Shown here one piece after another: positions 62,401-64,000 of a stretch of DNA of 64,000 nucleotides (the stretch's first letter is position 1; every line of letters begins with the position of its first letter). The notes under the pieces are model-generated. The model made no database searches and was not told the DNA's origin. It saw only the letters and a list, made by a program, of their open reading frames with translations. The DNA is taken from positions 5,234,137 through 5,298,136 of the forward strand of contig CM082595.2 of NCBI GenBank assembly GCA_040954595.2. Reading direction: 5' to 3'. The position numbers and the translations under genes were made by a program. The stretch comes from Balanoglossus misakiensis. Taxonomy: Eukaryota; Animalia; Hemichordata.

Positions 62401-63995
62401 GCTGATATTGGAGGGCATATTCTCATCAAGGGGGACACCCTCGCGGTGCGACGACCCCTTCCCTTTAACTGATTCCTGCAGTGAATATGGTGTGTATAAC
62501 TCAATGCTAAGATATCATTGTTTTTCAGGTTGTTCAGAAAACACCATCATCATTAAACAATTACTACTGGGTAAGTTGATAATCATATTGATAAATATTG
62601 GATTTTTATTTCTCTATAATTCTACTCACTCCACTGTCTATATTAAGACAGGTAAGTCTGAAATCACCAATGATTAAGATTAATACAAATCTCCCCAGAC
62701 AAAAATATTGTTCTTCTTTGCTGATCATATCTCTTGCTACAAAGACAGAAACTAACCATTCACCTCTTCGTTCTTATCAGGTATGTGAAATAGAAGAAAA
62801 GTTTAATTTCCTCGTAGCCTTTTTGAAAAAGCACAAGGTGGGTGTAAAAGCATTGTCAAATATCTGTGGTCTTTGTTAATTTGGAATTTGCAGTTGATAA
62901 CCTGGACAAAATATCTGAAAAATATAAAGAATTAAACTTTCCTATCTTTACCACAGGCAAGTAAACACATAGTCTTCTTCAGTACCTGTGCGTGTGTGGA
63001 ATACTTCTCACAAGCCCTCATAGAATTCCTAAAACACACAACAGTACTCAGTCTACATGGCAAAATGAAATCGAAACGACACAAGATTTTTGACAAGTTC
63101 AGAACATTAGACAGGTGAGATTAATTGTTCTCAGAAATAATAAGTTAAAATGCATGTTTGCTTGTGTTTATGTGGAGTAACAATTTAGTTTTAACATTTC
63201 CTGGAAGTAGTGATTTTCTCAAACAAATTTTATAGATATCCATAGAATTCTGATAGCTGATTGAGTGTACATTTTGTTTTTACAGCGGTGTTTTAGTGTG
63301 TACAGATGTAATGGCACGTGGAGTTGACATTCCTGATGTTGATTGGGTGTTGCAGTATGACCCGCCAACATCAGCCAGGTGAGCCAAATCAACATGCAAA
63401 TTCCTAATTCAGTTCAAAAGTTTTTTAAAAGTGTACAATTTTTTGTTAATCTCAGAAAGCTAACCTTTTCGTCCTGACATCTTTAGCTACACTGAAGTTG
63501 AGTAAAATTCATTCTTTGCCTTCAATACAACTCTTTCTCACATATCCATATTTTTCTCCATCTTTTCAACCCCTCCCCCTCTTCCCCTCCCCCTACCTCT
63601 ACCCCTCCCCCTCCATCTTATTTTCCATTTCAGTGCCTTTGTACATCGCTGTGGTCGCACTGCAAGGATAGGTAACATAGGCAACGCATTAGTTCTCCTG
63701 GCACCCAACGAAGACACATACGTGGAATTCATTGCAATCAACCAGAAGGTAAAATGAACAGTGACTGTAGTCAATTTTATTTGTGTCAAAGGAGTTTAGC
63801 TTTGAAATCAGTGCATAGGATCGCACAGACTATTACCACAGTAGGTTTAATTTTACATGCAAACTTCAAATGGCCAGAATTTATCAGTCAACTCTGTGCT
63901 ATTTTGTAGGTTCCACTTCAAGTGTTTACAGACGCCGAAGACATACAGCCAGCGAATGTCTTACAGAAACTTAAGAAGATGGCCATGAAGGACAG
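59410..63995 (+). CDS. DDX55: DEAD-box RNA helicase DDX55/Spb4; 3' end runs off the window. Exons 59410-59517, 60119-60169, 60403-60489, 60711-60865, 61329-61478, 61931-62078, 62529-62570, 62781-62837, 62957-63114, 63286-63378, 63634-63748, 63910-63995
   Basis: Q motif [63 protein letters not shown], and motif [10 protein letters not shown] typical of DDX55. Confidence 0.93.
61502..61713 (+). mobile_element. Family B MITE in a DDX55 intron
   Basis: Perfect TIR tactgtaaaacactttattttcgcgag; highly similar to 16523-16720. Confidence 0.85.
62236..62468 (+). mobile_element. Kolobok-like TTAA MITE (family D); 3'-truncated copy at 51175-51331
   Basis: ttaaagtgaaggggtcgtcgcgccg ... cggtgcgacgaccccttccctttaa; shares about 150 bp with the VAMP intron copy. 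Confidence 0.75.
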
Positions 63996-64000
63996 GTGAG

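Noticed and set aside
60880-63260. Possible intronic box C/D snoRNAs in DDX55
   Set aside because: No convincing RUGAUGA...CUGA pair with suitable spacing and terminal stem by eye; an Infernal/Rfam scan would be needed.

Overview
This is intron-rich, AT-rich animal genomic DNA, probably from a marine invertebrate; a hemichordate-like deuterostome is my guess and cannot be proven from the sequence. I assembled six spliced protein-coding genes by hand using GT-AG sites and phase continuity. (1) A minus-strand secreted thrombospondin type-1 repeat (TSR) protein, truncated at the left edge. (2) A head-to-head plus-strand secreted Ig-like/EGF/TSR protein. (3) HPS3 on the minus strand. (4) GIGYF on the plus strand, divergent from HPS3. 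(5) A synaptobrevin/VAMP with a split AT|G start codon and two paralogous terminal exons. (6) DDX55, truncated at the right edge. Introns carry many short non-autonomous DNA transposons (piggyBac-like and Kolobok-like TTAA elements, TA-flanked Tc1/mariner-like elements, one large palindromic element), several nested in one another, plus microsatellites. I found no rRNA, tRNA, CRISPR array or transposase ORF. I see no clear new biological system. The best leads are the uncharacterised divergent TSR gene pair, the duplicated VAMP last exon, and a consensus splice donor in the HPS3 3' UTR pointing into the neighbouring genes.
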